DNA of 64,000 bases, from the NCBI GenBank assembly GCA_963714275.1, contig CAVQNT010000003.1, positions 64,001 to 128,000 on the forward strand. The letters are read 5' to 3'. Shown in pieces: positions 55,256 through 64,000 of the stretch (position 1 is its first letter; each line of letters starts with the position of its first letter). Made by a program: the position numbers and the translations under genes. This stretch comes from Candidatus Bathyarchaeota archaeon (lineage in GTDB: Archaea; Thermoproteota; Bathyarchaeia; Bathyarchaeales; DTEX01). The notes beneath the pieces are model-generated. The model was not told the DNA's origin. It saw only the letters and a list, made by a program, of their open reading frames with translations, and did not search any database.

Positions 55256-56176
55256 TTAGTTCATCGTATGCCTTTGAAACTTCAGTTTAGTAGCCTCCCT
55301 TATAGAGTTGAGTGCTTCTTGGGCGTCTCGTTTGATTCCGAACCTTTTTTGGAAAAATCGCAAAACATTCCTAACGTCCCTGCCGAGAAGCATTCCAGCG
55401 TTAGGATGATCCTTTCTTACGAACTGCGGCCAATCTATAATGAGAACATGGTAATTAGGTTCTAGAATCACATTAAACTCGCTGAGGTCAGCATGAATGA
55501 TCCCTGCCATGTGATAAGTCCGTTTTACATTTTCTAGGATTTCATCCAAAACCTTGGTTGGTTCAGGAAGTTCTGGAATGCGATAAAGATCTACTCCCTC
55601 AATCATGCCCATAACGACCACGTGGCGGTTTTGGCTAATGGGTTGGGGAACCGAAACTCCGCACGAATAAACCAGCTTTAAAGCTTCATACTCTTTTTCA
55701 GCAGCCAGTCGAGACTGATAAAGCCAGGAAATGTGCCTTCGGTTTGCGATGTATCCTCTGACACGTCTAGTCTGCCGGAAGCTTGTCCTACCTAAACGGT
55801 GAAATTTTGCAGCAACCCTTTCGCTGTTGGAGGTTAAAGCATCGTAGACATCCGATTCTTTCCCCACTCCTATAGGTTTCCCGAAGGCTGCGAGAACGTT
55901 AGACTTGACAAGAGCGTTTATGGCCAAACAGTCGTATCCTGCGACGTTTAATGTGTAACCGAAGTAAGAGCCTACCCAACGTTTAATCAATTTCAATTTG
56001 TTCAGTCGACTCAGCCTGTATCCGATTTGCCTATGTGTCTGACCTGCAAGATTCGGAAGATCCCTTTCAGGAACAAACTCATGTTTACTCATGCCAAGCT
56101 CGATGGCCAAAAGTACCCTGTAATCCTCAGGTTCAAGCTTAAGGAACACCCTTACTGCAACATCAGCTGAAGACAT
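55256..56176 (-). CDS. rio2: RIO2 serine/threonine kinase
   Basis: N-terminal wHTH, GYDCLA, GVGKESDVY, KFHRLGRTSF, HADLSEFN, IDWPQ. Confidence 0.95.
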   Translation of the reverse strand: MSSADVAVRVFLKLEPEDYRVLLAIELGMSKHEFVPERDLPNLAGQTHRQIGYRLSRLNKLKLIKRWVGSYFGYTLNVAGYDCLAINALVKSNVLAAFGKPIGVGKESDVYDALTSNSERVAAKFHRLGRTSFRQTRRVRGYIANRRHISWLYQSRLAAEKEYEALKLVYSCGVSVPQPISQNRHVVVMGMIEGVDLYRIPELPEPTKVLDEILENVKRTYHMAGIIHADLSEFNVILEPNYHVLIIDWPQFVRKDHPNAGMLLGRDVRNVLRFFQKRFGIKRDAQEALNSIREATKLKFQRHTMN

Positions 56177-56271
56177 TAAGTATAGATATAATAAACAGCC
56201 AAAAAGATATTTCTATTAAACAATAACCAGCCCACACAAGAAAACCTTTTAGGCGAAATGAAACAGCAAAC

Positions 56272-57224
56272 ATGAAACAGAGACCAAGAAAAGGAGAAGC
56301 AAGAATGACCACCCACAAGTTTCAACCAAAAAAATATTACACAGCCTTCGGTTCGTATGAGCCAGCGCTAAAGGTAGTTGATGGCGACACGGTTGTTACG
56401 TCAACAGCCGACAACGCTGGAAGAGACTTAACAGATAAACAAGTCACTTTTGGTCCAAATCCCCTAACAGGACCCTTCTACGTCGAAGGCGCTGAACCCG
56501 GAGACACCCTCGCCGTTCAGTCTGACCGACTTTGGCCTAACAGGCAGTTAGGCAGGTCAGCCACGGTTGTCGCATCGAACGCCGTCGACCCATACTACGT
56601 TTCTGAACTGCCGCCAAAACAGCCACGCGTAACAGCAGAGTGGAAGCTTAACCTTGACAAGGGAACAGCCACCTTGTTAAGCCCAGAAACGAAGCTTGAG
56701 CCAGCTTGTTTTGCCCTTGAACCCCATGTTAGGATGCATCGGCGTGGCGCCAGAAGACGGGCAAGCCATATCGTCCACGACTTCTGGACCATACGGGGGC
56801 AACATGGACTACAGCGGATTAACGTCAGGAGTGACCGTGTATTTGCCTGTTTATCGTTCCCGGTGGACTTTTCTTCATCGGAGACGGGCACGCCGTTCAG
56901 GGAGACGGAGAAATTGTGGGAACGGGAATCGAGGTTTCCTTTGACGCAAAATTTACATTCAAACTATTAAAAAACAAAAGAATCAACTGGCCACGCGCAG
57001 AAAACGCGAAATACATTATGACCGTGGGCAACACTCGTCCTTTAGATCAGGCTCTCCAACACGCAACGACTGAAATGGTGAGGTGGCTACAGGAAGACCA
57101 TGGCTTAGATGGTCGTTCCGCCCATATTTTGTTGGGGCAGTGCGTCGAATATGAGGTTGGAAACGTCTTTGACCCAGCTTACACTATGGTATGCAAGCTT
57201 CAGAAAAGATGGTTGCAAAAATAA
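56272..57224 (+). CDS. Acetamidase/formamidase family protein; frameshifts ~56699 and ~56853
   Basis: NPLTGPFYVEGAEPGDTL, PMLGCIGVAP, YGGNMD, GDGHAVQGDGE. Confidence 0.87.
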
Positions 57225-57307
57225 ACTGGTTTTTCGTTAGATTAAACCGTTTAATGCGAACCATTGCTGGATGCTGAATATGTTTTTATGCTTATTAACA
57301 GAAATGT

Positions 57308-58579
57308 TTGTGTATGGATTCCTTGAAGGCTGGTATAGCTAAGGCTGTGATCACTCCGCCTGTCGGTGTACGGTTATGTGGATATACTGCTAGAACTCAG
57401 CCATCAATCGGCGTGCTTGATGACTTGTACGCTAAGGCTCTTATCTTGGATGACGGAGAAAAAAGGCTTGCTCTTGTAGTATGCGACCTACTGTGGGTAG
57501 GAAAAGAGCTCGTGAACGACATCAGGAAAAGAATAAGGGAGCAAGCCGACATCAAAGAAGAAAACGTCATGATAGCGGCTATTCACACTCATTGTGGTCC
57601 CGACTTTGAACATATAAGTGACTCTTACATTGAGAACCTTAAGTCCCAAGTCGCAGGAACCGTCTTCGCAGCCTACAACCACATGAAAAATGCCAGAATC
57701 GGCGTTGCCAGCGGAGAATGCTACGTTGGGATGAATCGTCGAAATCCAAAAAGCCCTTCTGGACCGTACTTCCTATATAATTGGCCACAAGGTCTCGTGG
57801 ACCCTACGGTAATGGTCGCAAGAATCGAAGATGAAACAAGACACGTCGTGGGCGTCTTAGTCAATTATGCCTGTCACCCGGTAACCTTGGGTCCGAACGA
57901 ACTTAACATCTCCAGAGATTATCCAGGTCACACCCTTAGAGTCTTAGAGGACGTTTTTGGCGAAAACGTTGTAGCGATGTTTGCGAATGGTTGCTGCGGA
58001 AACATTAATCCAGCATGGATTTTTGACCGACCTGACGTTTCGCCTCCTCCACCACGCGTATTTCCCGAAAGCCTAGAAGAAAGATTAAGAGAAACTAGGC
58101 GTCTAGGCCAAATTTTGGGTGGAGAAGCCCTTAAAGCTCTTCAGTCAGTAACCAACCTTACTTCTGAAGCCAATTTAAAAATCAAACAGTCCGATGTAAG
58201 ACTGCCAGTAAGGAAGGACATGCCAGAAAATGTGTTTGAGTGGATCAAGAGTACAAAGGTCGGTGAGCCAGATTACGAGAATCATCAACGCATTCTGAAA
58301 GGTGAGGATGTAGTTACTGAAATACAAGCCATCCGACTGAACGATACAGCCATATTAGGGCTCCCCGGCGAAGTTTTTGTGGAATATCAACTTGAAATAA
58401 GAAGAAAATCGCCATTTAAACATACTTTCGTAAGCGAGTTGGCTAACGATTCAATCGGATACGTTCCAACAACCGACGCCTATAAAGAAGGAGGATACGA
58501 ACCGAACACGACATTTCTAGAACGCGACGCTGGCTCGAAACTTACACAAGCAGCCATAAATCTTCTAAAAAAACTGTAA
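57308..58579 (+). CDS. Neutral/alkaline ceramidase-like hydrolase
   Basis: ITPP, DDLYAKAL, HTHCGP, NYACHP, PGEVF, GYVPT..GGYE. Confidence 0.85.
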   Translation: MCMDSLKAGIAKAVITPPVGVRLCGYTARTQPSIGVLDDLYAKALILDDGEKRLALVVCDLLWVGKELVNDIRKRIREQADIKEENVMIAAIHTHCGPDFEHISDSYIENLKSQVAGTVFAAYNHMKNARIGVASGECYVGMNRRNPKSPSGPYFLYNWPQGLVDPTVMVARIEDETRHVVGVLVNYACHPVTLGPNELNISRDYPGHTLRVLEDVFGENVVAMFANGCCGNINPAWIFDRPDVSPPPPRVFPESLEERLRETRRLGQILGGEALKALQSVTNLTSEANLKIKQSDVRLPVRKDMPENVFEWIKSTKVGEPDYENHQRILKGEDVVTEIQAIRLNDTAILGLPGEVFVEYQLEIRRKSPFKHTFVSELANDSIGYVPTTDAYKEGGYEPNTTFLERDAGSKLTQAAINLLKKL

Positions 58580-58743
58580 AAGACCGATTTGTTTGACTAC
58601 AATTGACTATGCGTAGATAAAAAAATAAATTTTCTACCCCAATTTTACGAAGAAGCCTTATGAAGTGTTTGAGCTTCAAAAGTTGTTGAATGTTTCTTGA
58701 GAAATCCTATTTCAAATTTAAGTAGCGAACTATATATAATATT

Positions 58744-59067
58744 GTGCAGATATTGAGTTTTAGTTTTGACGCTGGCGAAGGGGATTTGCCGGTAGACAAG
58801 ATGATAGAGAAAGCCTACGACCTGATACAGAAAGGAAAGGCGGAACACATAGGTGATGGAGTCTACAATGTAGTCGGGGAGCACGGAACATATACGGTTG
58901 CACAAAAAATCGACGGCGCAGTGAACTGCAACTGCCCCGGCTTCGTCCGAAGGGGAAGATGCTCGCATGCTCTTGCTGTTTTAATGTTAATCCAGCCTGC
59001 ACTTTTGAGAAGCATCGAAAAAGAAATCAATAAATCAGCGGATAGAACCGAGTCCACGGTTAGATAA
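58744..59067 (+). CDS. SWIM zinc-finger protein
   Basis: CNCPGF..CSH. Confidence 0.8.
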   Translation: MQILSFSFDAGEGDLPVDKMIEKAYDLIQKGKAEHIGDGVYNVVGEHGTYTVAQKIDGAVNCNCPGFVRRGRCSHALAVLMLIQPALLRSIEKEINKSADRTESTVR

Positions 59068-59177
59068 CGTTTTTGGAAGCCTAAATGTTTAATTAGCTTG
59101 GTTTAGGTTATTTTGAAACCGAATAAAAGGCAACTACATCTCCAAATTCATGCATAATTTCAAGGTGCAAAGCAAGA

Positions 59178-60446
59178 ATGAGCCAGAAAAGAACGTCGCT
59201 TGAAAGGTTTCGTCTGAAAAGGATACTGGACACGCTGGCCTCGAGGGAGGGAAGAGGCACCCAACTCGTCACACTTTATGTGCCTTCTGGACGCCAGATA
59301 AGCGAAGTTACCCAGATGCTTAAGGAAGAATGGGGCACCGCCTCGAACATCAAATCAAACACGACCCGAAAGAACGTTCAAGACGCCATAGTAAAGGTCA
59401 CTCAGCGCCTAAGGCTTTTCAAGACAGTTCCAGACAATGGACTGGTCTTATTCTGCGGAGCAATCCCCCAGAACGGTCCGGGAAGCGAAAAGATAGAAGG
59501 TCCATACGTGGTTGTTCCCCCAGAACCAATCGGAATTTACCTTTACCGGTGCGACGACAAGTTCCACATTGAGCACTTGATGGACTTGCTGAAGGAAACG
59601 GAAACCTACGGAATCCTTTTGGTGGATACAAGCGCAGCGACCTTTGCTACCCTCAGAGGGCGCAGACTAGAAATCGTTGAAGACATAACCTCAGGCATAC
59701 CCGGCAAACACCGTGCGGGAGGTCAATCTGCCAGAAGGTTCGAGCGGCTACGTGAAGCGCAGGTTTTGGGGTTCTTTAAACGCATAGGCGACCATGCCAA
59801 TGAAGACTTTCTTCCTATACAGAACCTGAAGGGCATAATCCTGGGCGGACCGGGACCCACGAAGTACGATTTCGATAAAGGAAGATACCTCGATTACAGG
59901 CTTAAAGAAAAAATTGTTGGAACCATAGACACAGCCTACACTGGAGAACAGGGAATTGAGGAAATTTTTGAGAGAGCTCCCGAAATCGTTAAAAACGTCA
60001 GGTATGTTGAGGAAAAAAACATCGTGCAAAAATTCCTGTACGAGATTGGGCACGACACCGGGCTGGCGACCTACGGAGAAAGGGACGTTAGGAGAGCCTT
60101 GAAAGCTGGCTTAGTTGACACGGCTCTTCTTTCTGAGGCTCTTGAGACAACGCGGGTCAGAGTTGACTGCACATCATGTGGGCACACTTACTTTCAAACA
60201 ATGAAGGCGGCTGAGGTTTCTAGTTTCGAACAGTCTCTGGCTGGCTCCCCATGCCCGAAATGCCAGATTCCCACGCTTCAGGTCACTGAACAAAAGGACG
60301 TGATTGACGAGCTGGCGGAACAGGCTGAACAATCAGGGTCGAACGTCGAAGTGATTTCCACCGAAACCGAGGAAGGGCAGATGCTCTGGAAATCTTTTGG
60401 CGGAATAGCAGCAACGTTAAGGTATAAGCTGCCGAACCAGCCATAG
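59178..60446 (+). CDS. prf1: Peptide chain release factor aRF1
   Basis: NIKS, YRCDDKF, GGQS, FGGIAATLRY. CxxC..CxxC insert in domain 3. Confidence 0.97.
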   Translation: MSQKRTSLERFRLKRILDTLASREGRGTQLVTLYVPSGRQISEVTQMLKEEWGTASNIKSNTTRKNVQDAIVKVTQRLRLFKTVPDNGLVLFCGAIPQNGPGSEKIEGPYVVVPPEPIGIYLYRCDDKFHIEHLMDLLKETETYGILLVDTSAATFATLRGRRLEIVEDITSGIPGKHRAGGQSARRFERLREAQVLGFFKRIGDHANEDFLPIQNLKGIILGGPGPTKYDFDKGRYLDYRLKEKIVGTIDTAYTGEQGIEEIFERAPEIVKNVRYVEEKNIVQKFLYEIGHDTGLATYGERDVRRALKAGLVDTALLSEALETTRVRVDCTSCGHTYFQTMKAAEVSSFEQSLAGSPCPKCQIPTLQVTEQKDVIDELAEQAEQSGSNVEVISTETEEGQMLWKSFGGIAATLRYKLPNQP

Positions 60447-60515
60447 AGACGTAACGCTAATAGTAAGGAAACGCATTTTTACATTCTAGAACAAGTAAAG
60501 GAAAATGGACCTCAC

Positions 60516-60900
60516 ATGTCTGACAGGGAACTTGAATTCATAAGGCGAAAAAGGCTGCAAGAGACTAAAGAGGCAGTTCGGAAAGAAGACGGAAACAGAA
60601 ACTAAAGACGAAAAAGCGGAGACCCCGCAGGCAATTTTGAACCGTTTCTTTGTTGACAGAGCATGGGAAGTCCTTAACGCCGCTAAGGCTCAATACCCTC
60701 AGGCAGCAGAATACGTTGAGAAAACGCTTGTTAAACTCATAAGCGAAGGAAAGTTGAGGACCCAAATTTCTGGAGAAGAACTTTACGGGCTTTTCCTCCG
60801 CCTCGGGTACAGGGTTCGGCTTCAGACAAAAATATCGGTCCTTGAACATGGAAAGGTCAAAAGCCTCGAAGACAAAATAAAAGAAGAAACCTCACAATAA
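60516..60900 (+). CDS. PDCD5-like dsDNA-binding protein; frameshift ~60564
   Basis: MSDRELEFIRRKRLQEL...RAWEVL..YPQAA..LISEGKL..ISGEEL. Confidence 0.8.
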
Positions 60901-60907
60901 GAAACCG

Positions 60908-61174
60908 TTATTGAACGAATTTTCTTACGGTTCTCAGGGCTTCGAGGAACTCTCCTCCTCTGTTCGTTATCCTGAAAAGTTTTTTGTCGCCTATGTTCAC
61001 TTCTTTCAGGAGACCCCTCGACAACAGAAACTCAACCACGGTTTTGGTTCGGTCAACCGGAAGCCGAGCGGCATAAGACAACCTCGTAATCGGGCAGGCG
61101 CCTCTACTTCTAACCGTTCCCAGAATGGCAAGGTAAATTTCGTACCTCGTCCGTTTCATCAATCCATTCTCCAA
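60908..61174 (-). CDS. Small winged-helix regulator
   Basis: KRTRYEIYLAIL..ITRLSYAARL..LLSRGLL..FRITNRG. Confidence 0.82.
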   Translation of the reverse strand: MENGLMKRTRYEIYLAILGTVRSRGACPITRLSYAARLPVDRTKTVVEFLLSRGLLKEVNIGDKKLFRITNRGGEFLEALRTVRKFVQ

Positions 61175-61284
61175 AAGGCACCTTTCGAATTTTCTGGTTC
61201 AGTATGATTACTGTGGATGATTTTTCAATTGATTGTTATGGATGATTAGGCTTATATTTTCATATAGTCCAGCAGTCGGTGAGT

Positions 61285-61971
61285 TCAGTCTGTTGAAAGA
61301 AATACAGTTTGTCTCCACCTTGTTCTCGTAGAAAAGTAATAGTCCCAGTCACTGGCAAGCACCTTACATCGTTCTAGACTGTTCACGGTCAAATGGAAAT
61401 GTTGGCTTTCAACATGGTTATGTATCTCATCAAGTTCGCCTTCCTTCAATTTTTCTACGAAACTGTTACTCAGCGAAGTGTCCACAGGTAACTCGAATCC
61501 GTAGCCTACGACGCCTTCTTTCGAGATGACTGGTCTAATAGTCCACCTGGCTTCTTTCATGACCAGAACCATGTATAGCACGAAGGAACCGATACTTTTT
61601 ATCCAGACCCCATTTCCACTGTATTCCCATTCCTTCTCTAGTTCGCTGATGTCTCTTTCGAAACCCTCAGTTTTTGTAACCCTTTGGAACTCTTCAAGTT
61701 CTTTTGGGTTAAGCTCCTCGATTGTTGCTCCTGATTCCTGCAATTCCTCTGATAAGAAGATGTCGGGATGCAATCTCCTAAGGAGCAGAAGCTTCTCAAC
61801 GTGCCGATGTCTGGTCACGTAAACGTAGATGACGATTCCTTCTTTCGGTAACTGCTTCCGCACCATTATCGAACTGAAGTTCATCTTCTCGAAATTAACA
61901 TAAAAAGGTGGAACCTCAAGGGTCAGAAAGTTGCTGCCGAGACGAAACTGAATTCTACTAATCTGACTCAT
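61285..61971 (-). CDS. Hypothetical protein
   Basis: Intact 228-aa ORF, co-oriented with its neighbours. No motif recognised. Confidence 0.65.
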   Translation of the reverse strand: MSQISRIQFRLGSNFLTLEVPPFYVNFEKMNFSSIMVRKQLPKEGIVIYVYVTRHRHVEKLLLLRRLHPDIFLSEELQESGATIEELNPKELEEFQRVTKTEGFERDISELEKEWEYSGNGVWIKSIGSFVLYMVLVMKEARWTIRPVISKEGVVGYGFELPVDTSLSNSFVEKLKEGELDEIHNHVESQHFHLTVNSLERCKVLASDWDYYFSTRTRWRQTVFLSTD

Positions 61972-62008
61972 CTCTCAGCCGCCAATGGTATGCCCTTGAG
62001 TTCAATGC

Positions 62009-63342
62009 CTATATCGGAGGCGTTGGAAGATGCGCTGCTTTCACAGGTTCCTTTGCTAAGGTTACTTCCTGTTCTCTCTTCAACTCCTCCGTGTATTGCA
62101 ATTCCCCGATGATTCTGCATCCCCTTTCCAAGTGAACTCTCTTAGTGTAGACGTTTCTTGCAGTAGACTGCTCTTCCATAACCAGGGACTCGGCATAAAT
62201 GTCTTCAACTTCAGCCTTTTCTCCAAGTAATACATCTTTTGCCACAACGACCCCTATGATTTTACCATTCCTTCCGATTTCAACTTTGGTGGCCTTTGTT
62301 CCTTCTTCGGTCTCAATTCTACCACCAACGTCAACTGATGCCTCAAGCTTCAACCCTTCTAGCCTTCAATGAACCCCCAACACCTATAGACTCAGACTTT
62401 TAAGACTTCGCCAGCTTCGGCTGTTCCACCAACATCCAATTTTTTGGTCAATGTGAGATTTTTTTCTACAGATAGTTTCCCACCGACATCAATTGATTCG
62501 CCTTCAGCATCTCCGCGTATTTCTACAGTGCCACCGACGTCAATGTCCTCGAACTTCAGGTTTCCCTCGGTCCTTAAGGTTCCGCCAACATCAACCTTTC
62601 TTCCTTCACACCCACCAGCAAGTTCCACTTTGCCTCCGACATCAATCCAGTCGAAGGTTAAGGGCTTACTTGAAGCAAATGAACCGCCAACGCTTACTCT
62701 TCCTTTTACCTCGCCCCCTGCAACTTTAGCTGTTCCCCCGATGTGCAGTTCTTCGACTATGACCTCGGACTCTGATTCAAATGTGCCTCCGACGTTTATC
62801 TTGTCAGCCTTAACCAATCCTCTGCCATAAAACGTGCCACCTACGCTTATCCTAGAGATCGCTGTTGTGCCTTCTATCTTTGCAGTACCGCCTGCTTCTA
62901 ATTTTTTGGTTTCAACGTCGCCTTTCGCCTCGAAGACACCGCCAACCTCTATTTCGTCTGCCTTAGTGTTTCCTCCGACCCATATTTTTCCGCCTACTTC
63001 AACTTTCCCTGCGGAAAGGTCCTTCTCAACTGAAACCTTTTTGTCAACTTCAACATCGCCTGCCGTTAGGTTGCCTCCGACTTCTAAGCTGCCTTCGTAG
63101 ATTCTTATCGATTTTTCAATCGACAAGTCCCCCTTAACAATGAGGTCTCCATGTTTTCCTCTGATTGAGTTCGCATAAAGGCTGCACTCGAAGACGCAGT
63201 TGCCTTCGTATTGAACGCTACCTGAAACCTCAATTTTTTTAGCATCTTTCGCTTTAACTGTCGCCCCGTAAGTTAAGTTGAGATCACCGTCTACTCTGTC
63301 GAGTGTCTCTACTGATCCAGAATTTACATTTACACTTCCCAT
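62009..63342 (-). CDS. Long bactofilin-like (polymer-forming) beta-helix protein; frameshifts ~62396 and ~62348
   Basis: About 15 17-residue repeats with (V/I)xVGG. Corrected junction EVLKAESIGVGGSLKARRVEAEASVDVGG. Confidence 0.75.
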
Positions 63343-63573
63343 ATTTTTTCGCCTTGGTGAACACATTCTCGGATTCATATATAAGGGTAGGGCACCCGAT
63401 GTGGACACAGGTCGTAATCACAAAATGTTACTAGCTCACTTATGTGTAACAACACTCCAAACGATTCATTTTTGTCACTTTTGTGACGAACATAATAGAA
63501 AGATTTAAAAGCGTGTTTTGAAACGCATATTTTCTTCGTGGCATGTATGTGCCACAGCGCGTGTTACGATAAG

Positions 63574-64000
63574 ATGGTTGAAGACTGGGAAAATAGTCTT
63601 TCTGAAAGCATAACTAGACCCCATCAAATCCTCGAAAAATTTTCGGTCGATACAAAAGCTCTAGGCACCGTTGTCGCAAAATACCCAATGAAAATTTCTC
63701 GGTACTACTTTAACCTTATCCAAGAAGTGGGAGACCCAATCTGGAAACAGTGTGTCCCAAGTCCCTTTGAACTACAAGACCCGTGGGGAACCGAAGACCC
63801 TTTGAACGAAGAAGGCGACAGCCCAATATCAGGCTTGGTTCACCGCTACCCCGACAGAGTATTAATGTGTGTATCAAACAGCTGCGCAATGTTCTGCAGA
63901 TTCTGCACAAGAAAAAGGAAGGTTGGACAATCCTACGTTAACCTCTCAAAAGATGTCCTTTCAGAGCAAATAAGGTATGTTCAGAGGACCCTTGGCGTTC
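63574..64000 (+). CDS. kamA: KamA-family radical SAM protein (lysine 2,3-aminomutase-like); 3'-truncated by the window edge
   Basis: Manual translation: YPMKISRYY, DPIWKQCVP, DPLNEE..SP..GLVHRYPDRVL, CAMFCRFCTRKRKVG. Confidence 0.9.
   Translation, partial: MVEDWENSLSESITRPHQILEKFSVDTKALGTVVAKYPMKISRYYFNLIQEVGDPIWKQCVPSPFELQDPWGTEDPLNEEGDSPISGLVHRYPDRVLMCVSNSCAMFCRFCTRKRKVGQSYVNLSKDVLSEQIRYVQRTLGV

Overview
Archaeal chromosome window, most likely Bathyarchaeia or a related TACK lineage (inferred from aRF1 with a Zn-ribbon insert, RIO2, PDCD5, NurA/HerA, PRC-barrel proteins and CFI-box-CTERM). About 55 genes: a patchwork of accessory catabolic and redox modules (Gfo/Idh/MocA, OYE, AKR, LLM, two URO-D/MtaA-like proteins, glycoside hydrolases, a 9.5-kb ABC-GH-SIS-ROK sugar locus, a DUF362 pair, FTR-glutaredoxin), a defence-like Sir2 + HEPN pair, surface and protein-processing genes, and a core block at the right end. 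No rRNA, tRNA, CRISPR array, transposase or integrase was recognised. Three sequence-level signals stand out. (1) A family of about 10 non-coding elements built on GTTTGGGG-ATTAAAWTTTAAT followed by divergent low-complexity arms. They sit at module boundaries, next to truncated gene remnants, and form a 38-bp inverted repeat around one gene and a ~105-bp direct repeat around the Sir2/HEPN block. (2) About 20 of ~24 apparent frameshifts fall in or beside AGCT, which points to sequencing errors at a methylated motif rather than real pseudogenes. (3) A recurring intergenic TRR-C-TRR-C-TRR motif places stops in all three frames. A CPBP (Rce1-like) protease gene also lies next to an ICMT-like methyltransferase gene. 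All family calls come from motifs read by eye; no searches were run.
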